Shown: piece by piece, positions 25,094 to 34,261 of the stretch
Layout: every line of letters begins with the position of its first letter
How positions within the stretch are numbered: position 1 is the stretch's first letter
Assembly: GCA_035577485.1 (NCBI GenBank)
Contig: DATLVO010000110.1
Span: 1-38,157, forward strand
Origin: Verrucomicrobiia bacterium
GTDB lineage: Bacteria > Chloroflexota > Limnocylindria > Limnocylindrales > CSP1-4
Reading direction: 5' to 3'
DNA length: 38,157 bases
Notes under the pieces: generated by a model
Seen by the model: the letters and a program-made list of their open reading frames with translations, nothing else
What the model was told of the DNA's origin: nothing
Databases searched by the model: none
Made by a program: the position numbers and the translations under genes

Positions 25094-25474
25094 TCAGACC
25101 GTGGCGTGGGCCGTGATCGTCCCGGCTCGGACCTTGTCGAAGCACGTGCTGCAGTAGACGGGCCGGTCGTTCCGGGGCGCGAAGGGGACCATGGCCTGGC
25201 CCCCGCAACTGCCGCAGATCGCGGCGTGGAACTCTCGCGGTCCGCCGTTGGTCCGCGCTCGCTTCGCGACAGCCCGGCACGACGGGCAGCGTTGTGGGTC
25301 GTTCAAGAGTCCTTTGCTGGCAAAGAAGGCCTGTTCGCCGCTCGAGAAGGTGAACTCCTCGGAGCAGTCACGACACGTTAAGGCTCGGTCCTGGTACACG
25401 CTCTCCCGGTCCTCCTGTGGCGTATCCGCCCCGGATGGCGTCGCGGCCCCCCCAGGCACTGCCGGACCGGTCAT
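25094..25474 (-). CDS. zinc-ribbon protein (CxxC...CxxC plus CxxC-x17-CxxC)
   Basis: 126-aa ORF with CRDCSEEFTFSSGEQAFFASKGLLNDPQRCPSC, then CGSC-17 residues-CSTC. Confidence 0.8.
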   Translation of the reverse strand: MTGPAVPGGAATPSGADTPQEDRESVYQDRALTCRDCSEEFTFSSGEQAFFASKGLLNDPQRCPSCRAVAKRARTNGGPREFHAAICGSCGGQAMVPFAPRNDRPVYCSTCFDKVRAGTITAHATV

Positions 25475-25717
25475 CGAGATGCACGAAGCGGGTGCGTCCC
25501 GACCTCCGTTCCAGGCAGGACCCCGGAACTCATGTCGCGGAGAATAGCGGCGACGTCAAGCGGTTTGCGCGACGAAATCTCGGGCGCGTACCCAGATTCG
25601 CCAACGAAATTCGAATCGGCACGCTCGGTGAACGGCCGGCGTTGCCGAGCGTTGCCGTCGCGCACCGGAGCATGTCCCTCCGGGAACCCGTTGCCCCCAC
25701 CGATCGTCGGGGACCCC

Positions 25718-26674
25718 ATGCCAACCCTGCCTTCGTCTCCTTCGTTCCTGCCCGGCCGTCGTCGATCCTCGCTGACCGGCCTCGCGACCCTGGCCACGGC
25801 CTTCGCCGTGGCGGCCTGCATCCCCGCCCCGAGCCCCTCCCCGACCGGTTCGCCGGGCGCCAGCGCGAACCCGACGGCGGCCCCTAGCGCGAGCCCGAGC
25901 ACCGTCGGAACGATCGATCATCGAACCGGCGCGACGGACGTCGTTCTCCGCCTGGAGTCGGGCGGCGGTTTCGTCCCGATCGACTTCCTCGCCTCAAAGG
26001 CTCCGACCTTCACCCTGTATGGCAATGGCGTGATCGTCTTCCAGCGCAAGACCGACACCTTCCCCCAGCCCGATGCCTCGGGCATCACCCACGGGATCCC
26101 GTGGCGGACTGCGAAGCTCGACGAGGGCCAGATCCAGGAGCTCCTCGAGTTCGCGATCACCCAGGGCGCACTCGGCACCGCCCGCGACGCGTACGTTGCC
26201 GGCGGCATCGCGGACGCGCCGGACACGATCTTCACGATCCACGCCGGCGGCCTAGACAAGACCGTCACGGTCAACGCGCTTTCGGAGGCCACGCCCGACG
26301 TCCCCGACGGCCTGGCGCGGGCGGCCTTCCTCAAGCTGGCCAATCGGCTCGGCGACATCGATCGTGGCGGCGCGATCGACTCGGACGTCTTCGCGCCGGC
26401 CGCCTACCGTGGCGTCCTGCTCAGCGGTGATGCAGCCGCGATCGCGCCGAAGGCCTGGCCGTGGCCGGCCATCCAGCCGACCGACTTCACGGACCCCGAC
26501 GCCGCGTCCGGCGGCGGCATCCCGCTGGCCCATCGGGTCCTCACGGTTGACGACGTCGCAGCGCTCGGCCTCGAGGACGTCGCGGGCGGCCTGCAGGGCA
26601 TCGTGCTGAAGGGCCCTGACAGCAAGATCTACTTGCTGACCATTCGACCCCTGCTCGCCGACGAGAAGGAATAG
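25718..26674 (+). CDS. putative lipoprotein (hypothetical)
   Basis: ATG 25718 gives MPTLPSSPSFLPGRRRSSLTGLATLATAFAVAACIPAPSPSPTGSP... Lipobox VAAC followed by a Pro/Ser/Ala linker. The track ORF start at 25532 is over-extended. Confidence 0.7.
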   Translation: MPTLPSSPSFLPGRRRSSLTGLATLATAFAVAACIPAPSPSPTGSPGASANPTAAPSASPSTVGTIDHRTGATDVVLRLESGGGFVPIDFLASKAPTFTLYGNGVIVFQRKTDTFPQPDASGITHGIPWRTAKLDEGQIQELLEFAITQGALGTARDAYVAGGIADAPDTIFTIHAGGLDKTVTVNALSEATPDVPDGLARAAFLKLANRLGDIDRGGAIDSDVFAPAAYRGVLLSGDAAAIAPKAWPWPAIQPTDFTDPDAASGGGIPLAHRVLTVDDVAALGLEDVAGGLQGIVLKGPDSKIYLLTIRPLLADEKE

Positions 26675-26698
26675 GACCTGGAGCGCCATCGACCAGCG

Positions 26699-27067
26699 TC
26701 AGTTGAGAGAGCGCCTCTGGCGCTGTCGCTGCCGGATCACCGCGACGAAGCTCTCAGCCTCGTGCCAGTCCTGCCCGTCGAAGAACATGCTGACGGCCTC
26801 CCAGGGCATCCGACCCGTGCGGAGGAGGATCCGGGCCTGGCCGCGATGGGGCTCGGACAGCGAGACCGTCACGATCCGATCGAATGGCCACGATCGGACC
26901 CCGGTGCGCGGTCGGGTCGAGGAGCGGTCTCGAAGAAGGACGACCCGACGTTCGGTGGCGATCAGGCTCGCACCCTGACCGATGAGGACCGCGAGGACGT
27001 CCTCGCCGACCTCGAGCCAGCTCCGCAGGTCGGTCTCCTCAGGGTCGATCCGCCGCGGACGGCTCAT
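26699..27067 (-). CDS. small PH-like (bacterial pleckstrin-homology-type) hypothetical protein
   Basis: ATG at 27067..27065 overlaps the TGA of the REC-EAL gene (ATGA). 122 aa: MSRPRRIDPEETDLRSWLEVGEDVLAVLIGQGASLIATERRVVLL...FDRIVTVSL... The family call is tentative. Confidence 0.55.
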   Translation of the reverse strand: MSRPRRIDPEETDLRSWLEVGEDVLAVLIGQGASLIATERRVVLLRDRSSTRPRTGVRSWPFDRIVTVSLSEPHRGQARILLRTGRMPWEAVSMFFDGQDWHEAESFVAVIRQRQRQRRSLN

Positions 27068-28788
27068 CCGGTCGATTGGGTCGCAGGGCGCGGCTCCGGT
27101 CGACCGAGCAGATAGCCCTGGCCCAGCTTGATGCCGAGACCGCGGACCGCCTCCAGCTCGTGCTGCGTCTCGATCCCCTCGGCGATCAGCTCGCAGCCGG
27201 TCTCCGAGGCGAAATAGGCGAGCCCGGAGACGAGGGCGCGCCGGACTGGGTCGCGGTCGATTCCGTGGACCCACTCGATGTCGAGCTTCACGAAGGCCGG
27301 CTCGAGCGCGAGGATGTGGCGCAGGCTCGCGTAGCCGGACCCGGCGTCGTCCACCGCCAGCCTCACGCCCGGTCCGAGTCGATCGAGCGCCGATCGCACC
27401 GCGTCGTAGTCGTCGATCCGCTCGTGCTCGGTGATCTCGACGATCAAGGGGCGGCCGGCACCCGCCACGATGCGCGGCAATGAGGCCTCGTGCTGGAGGA
27501 CGTCGGCGGACAGGTTGACGCTCAGCGCGACGTCCGGCGGAAGCCACTCGGCCGCCTCGATCGCCGCCGACACCGCGGCGCGCTGCAGCGCAAGGCCGAG
27601 CCCGACCGCGGACGCCTGCTCGAACTGGACGTCCGGTGGCGTCTTATCGGTGAAGCGAGTGAGGGCCTCGACGGCGAACAAGGTTCCCGTCTCCAGGCGG
27701 ACGATCGGCTGCAGGTACGACACGAACTCGTGCCGGGCGATGATCCGGCGGAGGCGGGTGATCGCGCTGTCGGTCGTCTCGGCCCGTTCGACCGCCGGTC
27801 GCAGCACGGCCGAGATAAAGTCGGTCGCATCGATCAGGTCGGGCAGGCGATGCGAGAGCGGGGCGATCTCCGCACCAGGCGTCGCCGCGAAGACGAGACA
27901 TCCGAGCGGCTTCGGCGTCGCGCCGAGCCGGAACGGGACATAGGCAATGTCCTGGGTCGGGCTGCCGAGGTCGGAGGCACCGGACCGCTCGAGCCAGGGC
28001 CCGGAGGCCGCGCGATGTGCGACGTCCCGGCCGATCCGGCGAGGCATCGTCGAGCTCGCCGGGAACGCGCGGCGCAGGGCGCCGCCCGAAGCGATCGCCC
28101 GGACCTCGCCGTGGGCGAAGTGCAGGATCGCCAGGCCCTCGACGCCGAGGACCTCCGGGAGCCGCTCGACGACGAGCGACGCCAGCGCGACGAGCGGACC
28201 GTCGCGTGGCAGCTCCTCGACGGCAGCGGCGAGGCGCCGCCGCTGGTCGCGACCGCGGTCGATCTGGCGTGTCCAGGCGGCGCGGGCCCGGATCTGGGCC
28301 CGAATGCGGGCCGTCAGCTCCTTGAGCGCGAACGGCTTTGTCAGGTAGTCGTCGGCGCCGCTCTCCAGGCCACGGATCCGCTCGGTCTCGGCGGCGGTCC
28401 CCGTGATGAGAATGACGGGCAGGGTCCGGGTCCGCTCATCCGCCCGGATCGCCTGCAGCGTGCGGAGGCCGTCCATGACCGGCATGTGCAGGTCGAGCAG
28501 CACGACGGCCATGTCGAACTCGTTGATCAGCTCGAACGCCTCGCGTCCGTTCGTCGCCTCGACGACCTCGAACCCGTCCCGCTCCAGCACGCGTCGGAGC
28601 AATGACCGGATCCCGGCCTCGTCGTCGGCGATGAGAATCCGCGGGCGATCGTCCCGATCGGAAGGCGTCTTCGCTTGCGCGGGCACGGACGCGGCGATCG
28701 CCGCGAGAGGAATCGGAGGGCCCAGGGCGCTCCGTGGATCGATCGTCCGTTTGGCCGTCATGACCCTCCCCGTTGAGGCCCCGACCAT
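27064..28788 (-). CDS. response regulator receiver - central domain - EAL c-di-GMP phosphodiesterase
   Basis: REC domain: RILIADDEAGIR...LLDLHMPVMDG...ITGTA...YLTKPF. EAL domain: FAVEALTRF, EITEHE, DDAGSGYASL, AEGIET, QGYLLGRP. Alternative start ATG 28761 with GGAGG upstream. Confidence 0.9.
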   Translation of the reverse strand: MVGASTGRVMTAKRTIDPRSALGPPIPLAAIAASVPAQAKTPSDRDDRPRILIADDEAGIRSLLRRVLERDGFEVVEATNGREAFELINEFDMAVVLLDLHMPVMDGLRTLQAIRADERTRTLPVILITGTAAETERIRGLESGADDYLTKPFALKELTARIRAQIRARAAWTRQIDRGRDQRRRLAAAVEELPRDGPLVALASLVVERLPEVLGVEGLAILHFAHGEVRAIASGGALRRAFPASSTMPRRIGRDVAHRAASGPWLERSGASDLGSPTQDIAYVPFRLGATPKPLGCLVFAATPGAEIAPLSHRLPDLIDATDFISAVLRPAVERAETTDSAITRLRRIIARHEFVSYLQPIVRLETGTLFAVEALTRFTDKTPPDVQFEQASAVGLGLALQRAAVSAAIEAAEWLPPDVALSVNLSADVLQHEASLPRIVAGAGRPLIVEITEHERIDDYDAVRSALDRLGPGVRLAVDDAGSGYASLRHILALEPAFVKLDIEWVHGIDRDPVRRALVSGLAYFASETGCELIAEGIETQHELEAVRGLGIKLGQGYLLGRPEPRPATQSTG

Positions 28789-28865
28789 CGCATCGGCGCT
28801 CGCATGCTGGCGAGGAATTTGTTCCGTTCTCGCTGCACGGCCATGGCCCGCTCGTCCGGACCGGA

Positions 28866-29585
28866 TCAGGGTGCCCTGGTCGAACGGACCATGGCGTCGA
28901 GCTCGAGACCATCCGGATGCAGGAGCCGGAGCCCTCGCCGACCGACCCGAGCCAGGGTTCCTTCTCGTTCGAGCTCCCGAAGGACGCGGCCGGTCATCTC
29001 GCGACTGGTGCCGACGAGGCTCGGGAGATCGGACCGGGCCAGGACTGGCGGCTCGCCGAAGAAGAGGTCCTGGTGCCGGGCGAGGATCCGGATCACGCGG
29101 CGTCGGGAGTCCTGGTGGAGGAACCCGTCGATCTTCTCCGTGATGACGTTCGCGAAGCCGGCCAGTCGATCGATGGCGTCGAGAGCAAGGCCGAGGTCGG
29201 TCCCTGCCAGCGCTCGGAGCTCGGGGCCACTCCAGAGGGCGACGTCGGCGTCGGTCAGGGCCACCATATCGACGGTCGTGTTGACGAGGGCGATGCTGGA
29301 GTAGCCGAAGAGCTCCGTGGGGCCGCCGATCCCGACCGCGAGCTGCTGGCCATCGACTGTGGTCCGGCGGAAGAGGCCGTACCCGCGCAATAGCAGCGCC
29401 ATGGGGATCGGCTCGTCCTGTCGGAAGATCGTCACATGTCGACGGAAGGCCTGGATCCGGGCCGTTTCGACGAGGATGTCAACCGTCCCGGCGCTGGCGT
29501 TCGGCAGCCCTCGCTCGATCGAGGCGCGAAGGTTCGGCTCGCCACGGGATGTCGGCGAACCGGAGAGGGTGTTGCGAGAAGCCAC
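28866..29585 (-). CDS. Crp/Fnr family transcriptional regulator
   Basis: 239-aa ORF with a cNMP-binding-like beta-roll (IFRQDEPIPMALLLRGYGLFRR...ELFG) and a C-terminal HTH (SREMTGRVLRELEREGTL). 77 nt upstream of REC-EAL on the same strand. Confidence 0.85.
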   Translation of the reverse strand: MASRNTLSGSPTSRGEPNLRASIERGLPNASAGTVDILVETARIQAFRRHVTIFRQDEPIPMALLLRGYGLFRRTTVDGQQLAVGIGGPTELFGYSSIALVNTTVDMVALTDADVALWSGPELRALAGTDLGLALDAIDRLAGFANVITEKIDGFLHQDSRRRVIRILARHQDLFFGEPPVLARSDLPSLVGTSREMTGRVLRELEREGTLARVGRRGLRLLHPDGLELDAMVRSTRAP

Positions 29586-29737
29586 GGATCCGTTTCTGTT
29601 TCCTGTAATGAACGCGGGGGTCAGTCCGATCGAACGACCGGCTCACTCGACCGAGCGGCGACCGGCTAGGAACCTTGTACTGCACCAGCGTCGAGAAGTC
29701 CAAGACATCATTGACCTCGGACCAATAATCGGGGTGC

Positions 29738-30649
29738 ATGGAACTTCGCTCGCTCCGGTATGTCGTGGCGGTTGCCCGATGGAGGAACTTCACCCGGGCG
29801 GCGGGTGAGCTCCACGTGGCGCAGCCGGCGCTGTCGCGGGCGATCCGGGATCTCGAGACCGAGCTCGGCGTCCGCCTGTTCGACCGGACGAGTCGGCGCG
29901 TGACCGTGACGGCCGCCGGCACGGCGTTCGTCGCCCACGCGTCGCGGATCCTCGAGCGAGTCGACGCCCTCGGCGACGACATGGCCGAGTTCAGCGGGGC
30001 GATCCGGGGCCGGGTCCGCCTGTCGGTCTGGTATCACATCGACCCCGGCCTGCCGATGCTCCTCCGGGACTTCATCGCCGAGAACCCGAACGTCGAGGTC
30101 GACATCAACGAGCTCCCCGGCGCGGCGATGCTCGAGGCCGTTCGGCAGGGCGACATCGACATCGCGGTGCCGTTCCTGACACCGACGCTGGACCTCACGG
30201 ACATCGAATACGAGATCGTTCGCGAGGAGCCGGTCGTGCTCGCCGGAGCACCCGACGGCCCCCTGGCGTCTCTGACCTCGGTCACGCTTCAGGACCTCTC
30301 GACGATTCGCCTCGTGGCGCCACGGATCGGGACGTCCTGGCGGCTGTGGTTCGATCTGGCCGTGGCCGCGGGGGGCATTCGACCCCCGATCGTGGTCGAG
30401 ACCAACGAGGTCTCGGCGGCCGTCGCCTATGCCTCGGCCGGGATCGGCGCGACGATCCTCCCGCGCCGAGTGATCGAGGCCGTCGGTCGGCCCGTCGCGA
30501 TGGTCCCGATCACCGATGCGCCGCCACTCGTCACCGCGCTTGCCTGGAGTCGCACTCGCTATCGAGGCCCTGCCGCCGAGCGGGCGCTCGCGTTCATCCG
30601 CGCGGCGGCCGAACGGGCGAGAGCCGGCGAGAACGCCGCCTGGGTCTGA
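29738..30649 (+). CDS. LysR family transcriptional regulator
   Basis: MELRSLRYVVAVARWRNFTRAAGELHVAQPALSRAIRDLETELGVRLFDRTSRRV... Divergent from the Crp gene. Confidence 0.9.
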   Translation: MELRSLRYVVAVARWRNFTRAAGELHVAQPALSRAIRDLETELGVRLFDRTSRRVTVTAAGTAFVAHASRILERVDALGDDMAEFSGAIRGRVRLSVWYHIDPGLPMLLRDFIAENPNVEVDINELPGAAMLEAVRQGDIDIAVPFLTPTLDLTDIEYEIVREEPVVLAGAPDGPLASLTSVTLQDLSTIRLVAPRIGTSWRLWFDLAVAAGGIRPPIVVETNEVSAAVAYASAGIGATILPRRVIEAVGRPVAMVPITDAPPLVTALAWSRTRYRGPAAERALAFIRAAAERARAGENAAWV

Positions 30650-30788
30650 CGAAGACAGGCAGTCGGGTCGGAGCAGGTCGGGCAAACCCGGCCGGCAGTC
30701 GCAGCTAAGCGGCCGGTGAGCCCTCGCGGGCACCATCCATCCATGTCCGGCCCAGACGATCTGCGCAGGCGCCACCGCCTCCGAATCG

Positions 30789-30818
30789 TTGACACCGCCC
30801 ATCAGCCGTCCGTATCGT
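30789..30818 (+). promoter_or_regulatory. candidate sigma70-like promoter for the STAND regulator
   Basis: TTGACA (30789-30794), 18 nt, TATCGT (30813-30818). It lies inside the longest ORF (GTG 30716), which argues for a downstream start. Confidence 0.3.
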
Positions 30819-30835
30819 TCGCGCCGCCCGATCCG

Positions 30836-33800
30836 ATGGTCATCGGTCCGCGAGGGAGGACCCGCGCCACGCGCGCGCCGATCGCGCTCGGTCCGGGGCG
30901 CGCGCTGATCGCGACGCCCAATCGCGTCCGCGCCGATACAGGTGACGGCGTGAGCGGCTACCCGATTCAGCCCGGCAAGGTCCAGGCACCTGCCCTCCGG
31001 GACGAGACGCTGGCCCGGACGCGCCTGCTCGACTGGCTGGACGTGAAGATCCACAGTCGGGTCGTCTTCGTCATCGCCGACGCGGGCTACGGCAAGACGA
31101 CGTTGCTCGCGGACTTCGCCCGTCGGACCCGACTCCGGACCCTCTGGTACCGGATCGACGAGGAGGATCGGGACTGGGTCGGGTTCCTGTCACACCTCGT
31201 GGCCGCCGGGCGCGAACACGACCCCGGGTTTGCGCCCTCGACGGCGGCGATGCTCCGATCTCTCGAGCCCGCCGGCCCGACGCGCGAAGACACGCTCGAG
31301 ACCTTCCTGGCCGAGCTTCCAACGATCGCCGACGACGGGGCCGTCCTGATCTTCGACGACTTCCACCTGGCCGACGAGGTGGCCGACATCCGCCTCATCG
31401 CACGTGAGATCGTCACGCGGGCGCCGGAGCGGCTCTCCGTCGTGTTTGCCAGCCGTCGCCAGCCGGCGGTGCCGGTCGCGCGGCTGCGGTCGCTGGGTGA
31501 GCTCGCGGAGATCGGGATCGCCGAGCTGCGCTTCTCCGAGGCGGAGATGGAGCAGCTCTTCCGGGAGACGTTCCGCCGGCCGCTCGAAGCCGATGTCCTC
31601 GTCGAGCTCGCGCGTCGAACCGAGGGCTGGGCCGCGTCACTCAGCCTCGTCCAGGCCGCCCTCCGTGAGCGGACCCCGGCTGAGACGCGGTCGTTCGTCC
31701 GAGGCCTGTCCGGCGCGCACGACGAGCTGCACGACTATCTGGCCGAGGAGGTCGTCGGCGAACTTCCCGCGATCCACCAGCAGTTCCTGATGCGGACGTC
31801 GATCCTCCAGCTCGTGACGCCCGAGCTGGCTCAGGTCGCGACCGGGTTGACCGCGGTCGAGGTCCAGTCGCTCCTCACCGAGTCCGAGCGTCTGGGCATG
31901 CTCGGCCGACGGACGGAGCGCCGCGCATCAGGCCAGCGATATCACCCCTTGGTGCGTGAGTTTCTTGAATCTCGCCTCATCCGCGACGTCGGTGCCGACG
32001 GTATCGACCGGCTGCATGGACTGGTTGCTGCATGGGCTGAGCCTTTCGACTGGCGCACTGCTGCCCATCACTACGCCGCATGCCGTCGCTGGCGGGACTT
32101 GCGGAGGGTGCTCGACGACTCGCTTGAGTCAGTCGTCGCTGCAGGAGCGTTTTCCATTGCGGCCGAGCTGATTGAACAACTGCCAGCCGGCCTTCACGCG
32201 TCAGCAACCGTTGAGGTCGTCCGATCCAGGCTTGCAAGTTTGGTTGGCGACGTCGAGCAAGTCATGGCTCATGCCCAACGCGCAATCGAGCTGGATCCTG
32301 ACTCGGATGCGGCCGTGAACAACCTGATCTCATCGAGCTACTTGTCCGGGGACCTCGACATCGCGTTGACCTTGGCGGACCAACTTGCGACCGGAGCGAA
32401 ATCGCCCTTGATGAGGTCAGTCGGCGAAGCGGCAAGCGTGTCCATCAGAACGTCGCTTGACTACGAACTTGGCCCAGCGATTCGGAAGATGGAGGAGCTC
32501 GCTGCCAGTAGCCGCGAAAATGGGCATCTTCATTTCGAAGGCGTCAGCCTCCTGAACGCCTCGCTTATGTATCGCGCCCAGGGCGCAGTAGTCGATGTCT
32601 TGGCGGCCTCATCTCAGGCAATGGATGCCCTGTCTGCGTCCTCATCGGGCAACGAACTAGCCTCTGCGGCTTTCGTCAAAGCCTGGGCTTTAGCGTTCCG
32701 CGGCGACTTACCTGCCGCGAGGCAGCTTCTCCGGGATACGGGCGCCGATCTCAGTCACAGCTCTCGAGCCGAGTTTCTCGTCGAATTTGCAGAGATGGAG
32801 TCCCACTTCGGCGACGCCGCTTCCGCGACACACCTTTTGGATGAAACGGTGGGCCTGACAATGCCCGGTCCAATCGTGGAGATTCGGAAGGTCGTTCGAG
32901 CCCAGCTGGCTATTAGGGAAGGCGATCTCGTCGAAGCCGTTCGCGAGCTTGACTTGGCCCACGTCGACAAACCCACCTCAAACCCGGGGCATCTCAACCG
33001 GGTGCTTGCGATGAGGGCAATGGTGGCATCGCTTCGCGGAAACTCGAGCGCTCGATCGCTCGCATCGGCGGCAGTCGCATCATCCGAGAGGCAGCAGGCC
33101 TACCTGTGGCGCGAGTTGGCGTCGCTGAGTTTGGCCGCACAGACGGACCAACTTGGAGCCGCAATTCTAGGGTTGCCATCTCAAATTTCGCCAGTGATCT
33201 CGATCGCATGCGAGCTCGTTCTTAGCAAACTTCAAGGGCTTCCTGACGACGCGCTCAACGTGATCCAGGAAGAGGCGTCGATTCGGCCAGAACGTTGGCG
33301 ACCAGCGCTTAGAAAGGTCTTGGCTGGCGGCTCAGCCGATGCCCGATTGATTGCAGCCCGCCTACTCGACGTCGTCGGCGACCAGTCAGATGTCGTTCGG
33401 CTGCGGTTGGTGGCGCGAGAGCCGGGGCGAACTGGGGGCGACAAGCTACTTGGACGAGCCTTGGCCCGGCGAATCGCGCCGAGAGCCGTCGTAGAGGATT
33501 TGGGCCGCGTCGTAATACATCTCGGGTCTGTCCAGATCAACGGTGGCGACGTGCGACGCAAGGTTCTCGCGATGCTGTGCTATTTGCTGACGAAGCCCAA
33601 ATTTGCTGCCGCTCGAGAAGAAGTAATGGACGCCATGTGGCCCGATATGGATCCAGCGGCGGCATTGAACTCGCTCAATCAAACTCTTTATTTCCTGCGA
33701 CGAGTGTTCGAACCAGCGTATTCAGAGGACACCTCCGCTGGGTACGTCCACCAGGAGTCCGACGTCGTCTGGCTTGATCCCACCCTCGTTCAATCGACCA

Positions 33801-34195
33801 GCTCAAACTGTCGCGACCTCATCAGGGCGTACGAGCTCCGACCGGATCCAGAGATCGTGCGACAGTTGGGGCGATCGTATGCAGGACGATTCGCCTTGGA
33901 TTTCGCCTACGAAGACTGGGCGAACGACTTCAGGGAATCACTACACGTGGCCTATCTGCACGTCATCGAGTCGTCGATTCACGACGACATCCGCAGTGGT
34001 CATTTCATGCGAGGGATCGAAGTCGCTCGGCGAGCGATCGAGCTCGATCCGGGGCTCGATTCCCTCGAGGTCTCACTGTTGAGACTCTTGAAAAACTCGG
34101 GTGCCCACTCCGCCGCAGCGGAGCAATACGGACGCTACGCGCACCTAATGCGGGACGAGCTCGGCGTCGAGCCGCCGCCCCTCGACGGCGTGTGA
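30836..34195 (+). CDS. STAND (MalT/LAL-like) ATPase - TPR/helical sensor - C-terminal OmpR-type wHTH + BTAD regulator
   Basis: Longest ORF is 30716..34195. Likelier starts are ATG 30836 or GTG 30950 (AGGTGA upstream). Walker A IADAGYGKTTLLADF, Walker B LIFDDFHLAD. About 550 aa of helical repeats follow. The C-terminus has LGSVQINGGDV...KVLAMLCYLL...EEVMDAMWPD...LNQTLYFLRRVF (SARP-type wHTH) and ...IELDPGLDSLEVSLLRLLKNSGAHSAAAEQYGRYAHLMRDELGVEPPP (BTAD). Confidence 0.85.
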   Translation: MVIGPRGRTRATRAPIALGPGRALIATPNRVRADTGDGVSGYPIQPGKVQAPALRDETLARTRLLDWLDVKIHSRVVFVIADAGYGKTTLLADFARRTRLRTLWYRIDEEDRDWVGFLSHLVAAGREHDPGFAPSTAAMLRSLEPAGPTREDTLETFLAELPTIADDGAVLIFDDFHLADEVADIRLIAREIVTRAPERLSVVFASRRQPAVPVARLRSLGELAEIGIAELRFSEAEMEQLFRETFRRPLEADVLVELARRTEGWAASLSLVQAALRERTPAETRSFVRGLSGAHDELHDYLAEEVVGELPAIHQQFLMRTSILQLVTPELAQVATGLTAVEVQSLLTESERLGMLGRRTERRASGQRYHPLVREFLESRLIRDVGADGIDRLHGLVAAWAEPFDWRTAAHHYAACRRWRDLRRVLDDSLESVVAAGAFSIAAELIEQLPAGLHASATVEVVRSRLASLVGDVEQVMAHAQRAIELDPDSDAAVNNLISSSYLSGDLDIALTLADQLATGAKSPLMRSVGEAASVSIRTSLDYELGPAIRKMEELAASSRENGHLHFEGVSLLNASLMYRAQGAVVDVLAASSQAMDALSASSSGNELASAAFVKAWALAFRGDLPAARQLLRDTGADLSHSSRAEFLVEFAEMESHFGDAASATHLLDETVGLTMPGPIVEIRKVVRAQLAIREGDLVEAVRELDLAHVDKPTSNPGHLNRVLAMRAMVASLRGNSSARSLASAAVASSERQQAYLWRELASLSLAAQTDQLGAAILGLPSQISPVISIACELVLSKLQGLPDDALNVIQEEASIRPERWRPALRKVLAGGSADARLIAARLLDVVGDQSDVVRLRLVAREPGRTGGDKLLGRALARRIAPRAVVEDLGRVVIHLGSVQINGGDVRRKVLAMLCYLLTKPKFAAAREEVMDAMWPDMDPAAALNSLNQTLYFLRRVFEPAYSEDTSAGYVHQESDVVWLDPTLVQSTSSNCRDLIRAYELRPDPEIVRQLGRSYAGRFALDFAYEDWANDFRESLHVAYLHVIESSIHDDIRSGHFMRGIEVARRAIELDPGLDSLEVSLLRLLKNSGAHSAAAEQYGRYAHLMRDELGVEPPPLDGV

Positions 34196-34225
34196 ATTGA
34201 GTATGGGGATAGGTAGGATGACGTA

Positions 34226-34255
34226 TTGACCGGTGTTGAAGGGTCTACCTATAGT
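34226..34255 (+). promoter_or_regulatory. sigma70-like promoter in low-GC spacer
   Basis: TTGACC (34226-34231), 18 nt, TATAGT (34250-34255). Confidence 0.4.
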
Positions 34256-34261
34256 CCGGCT

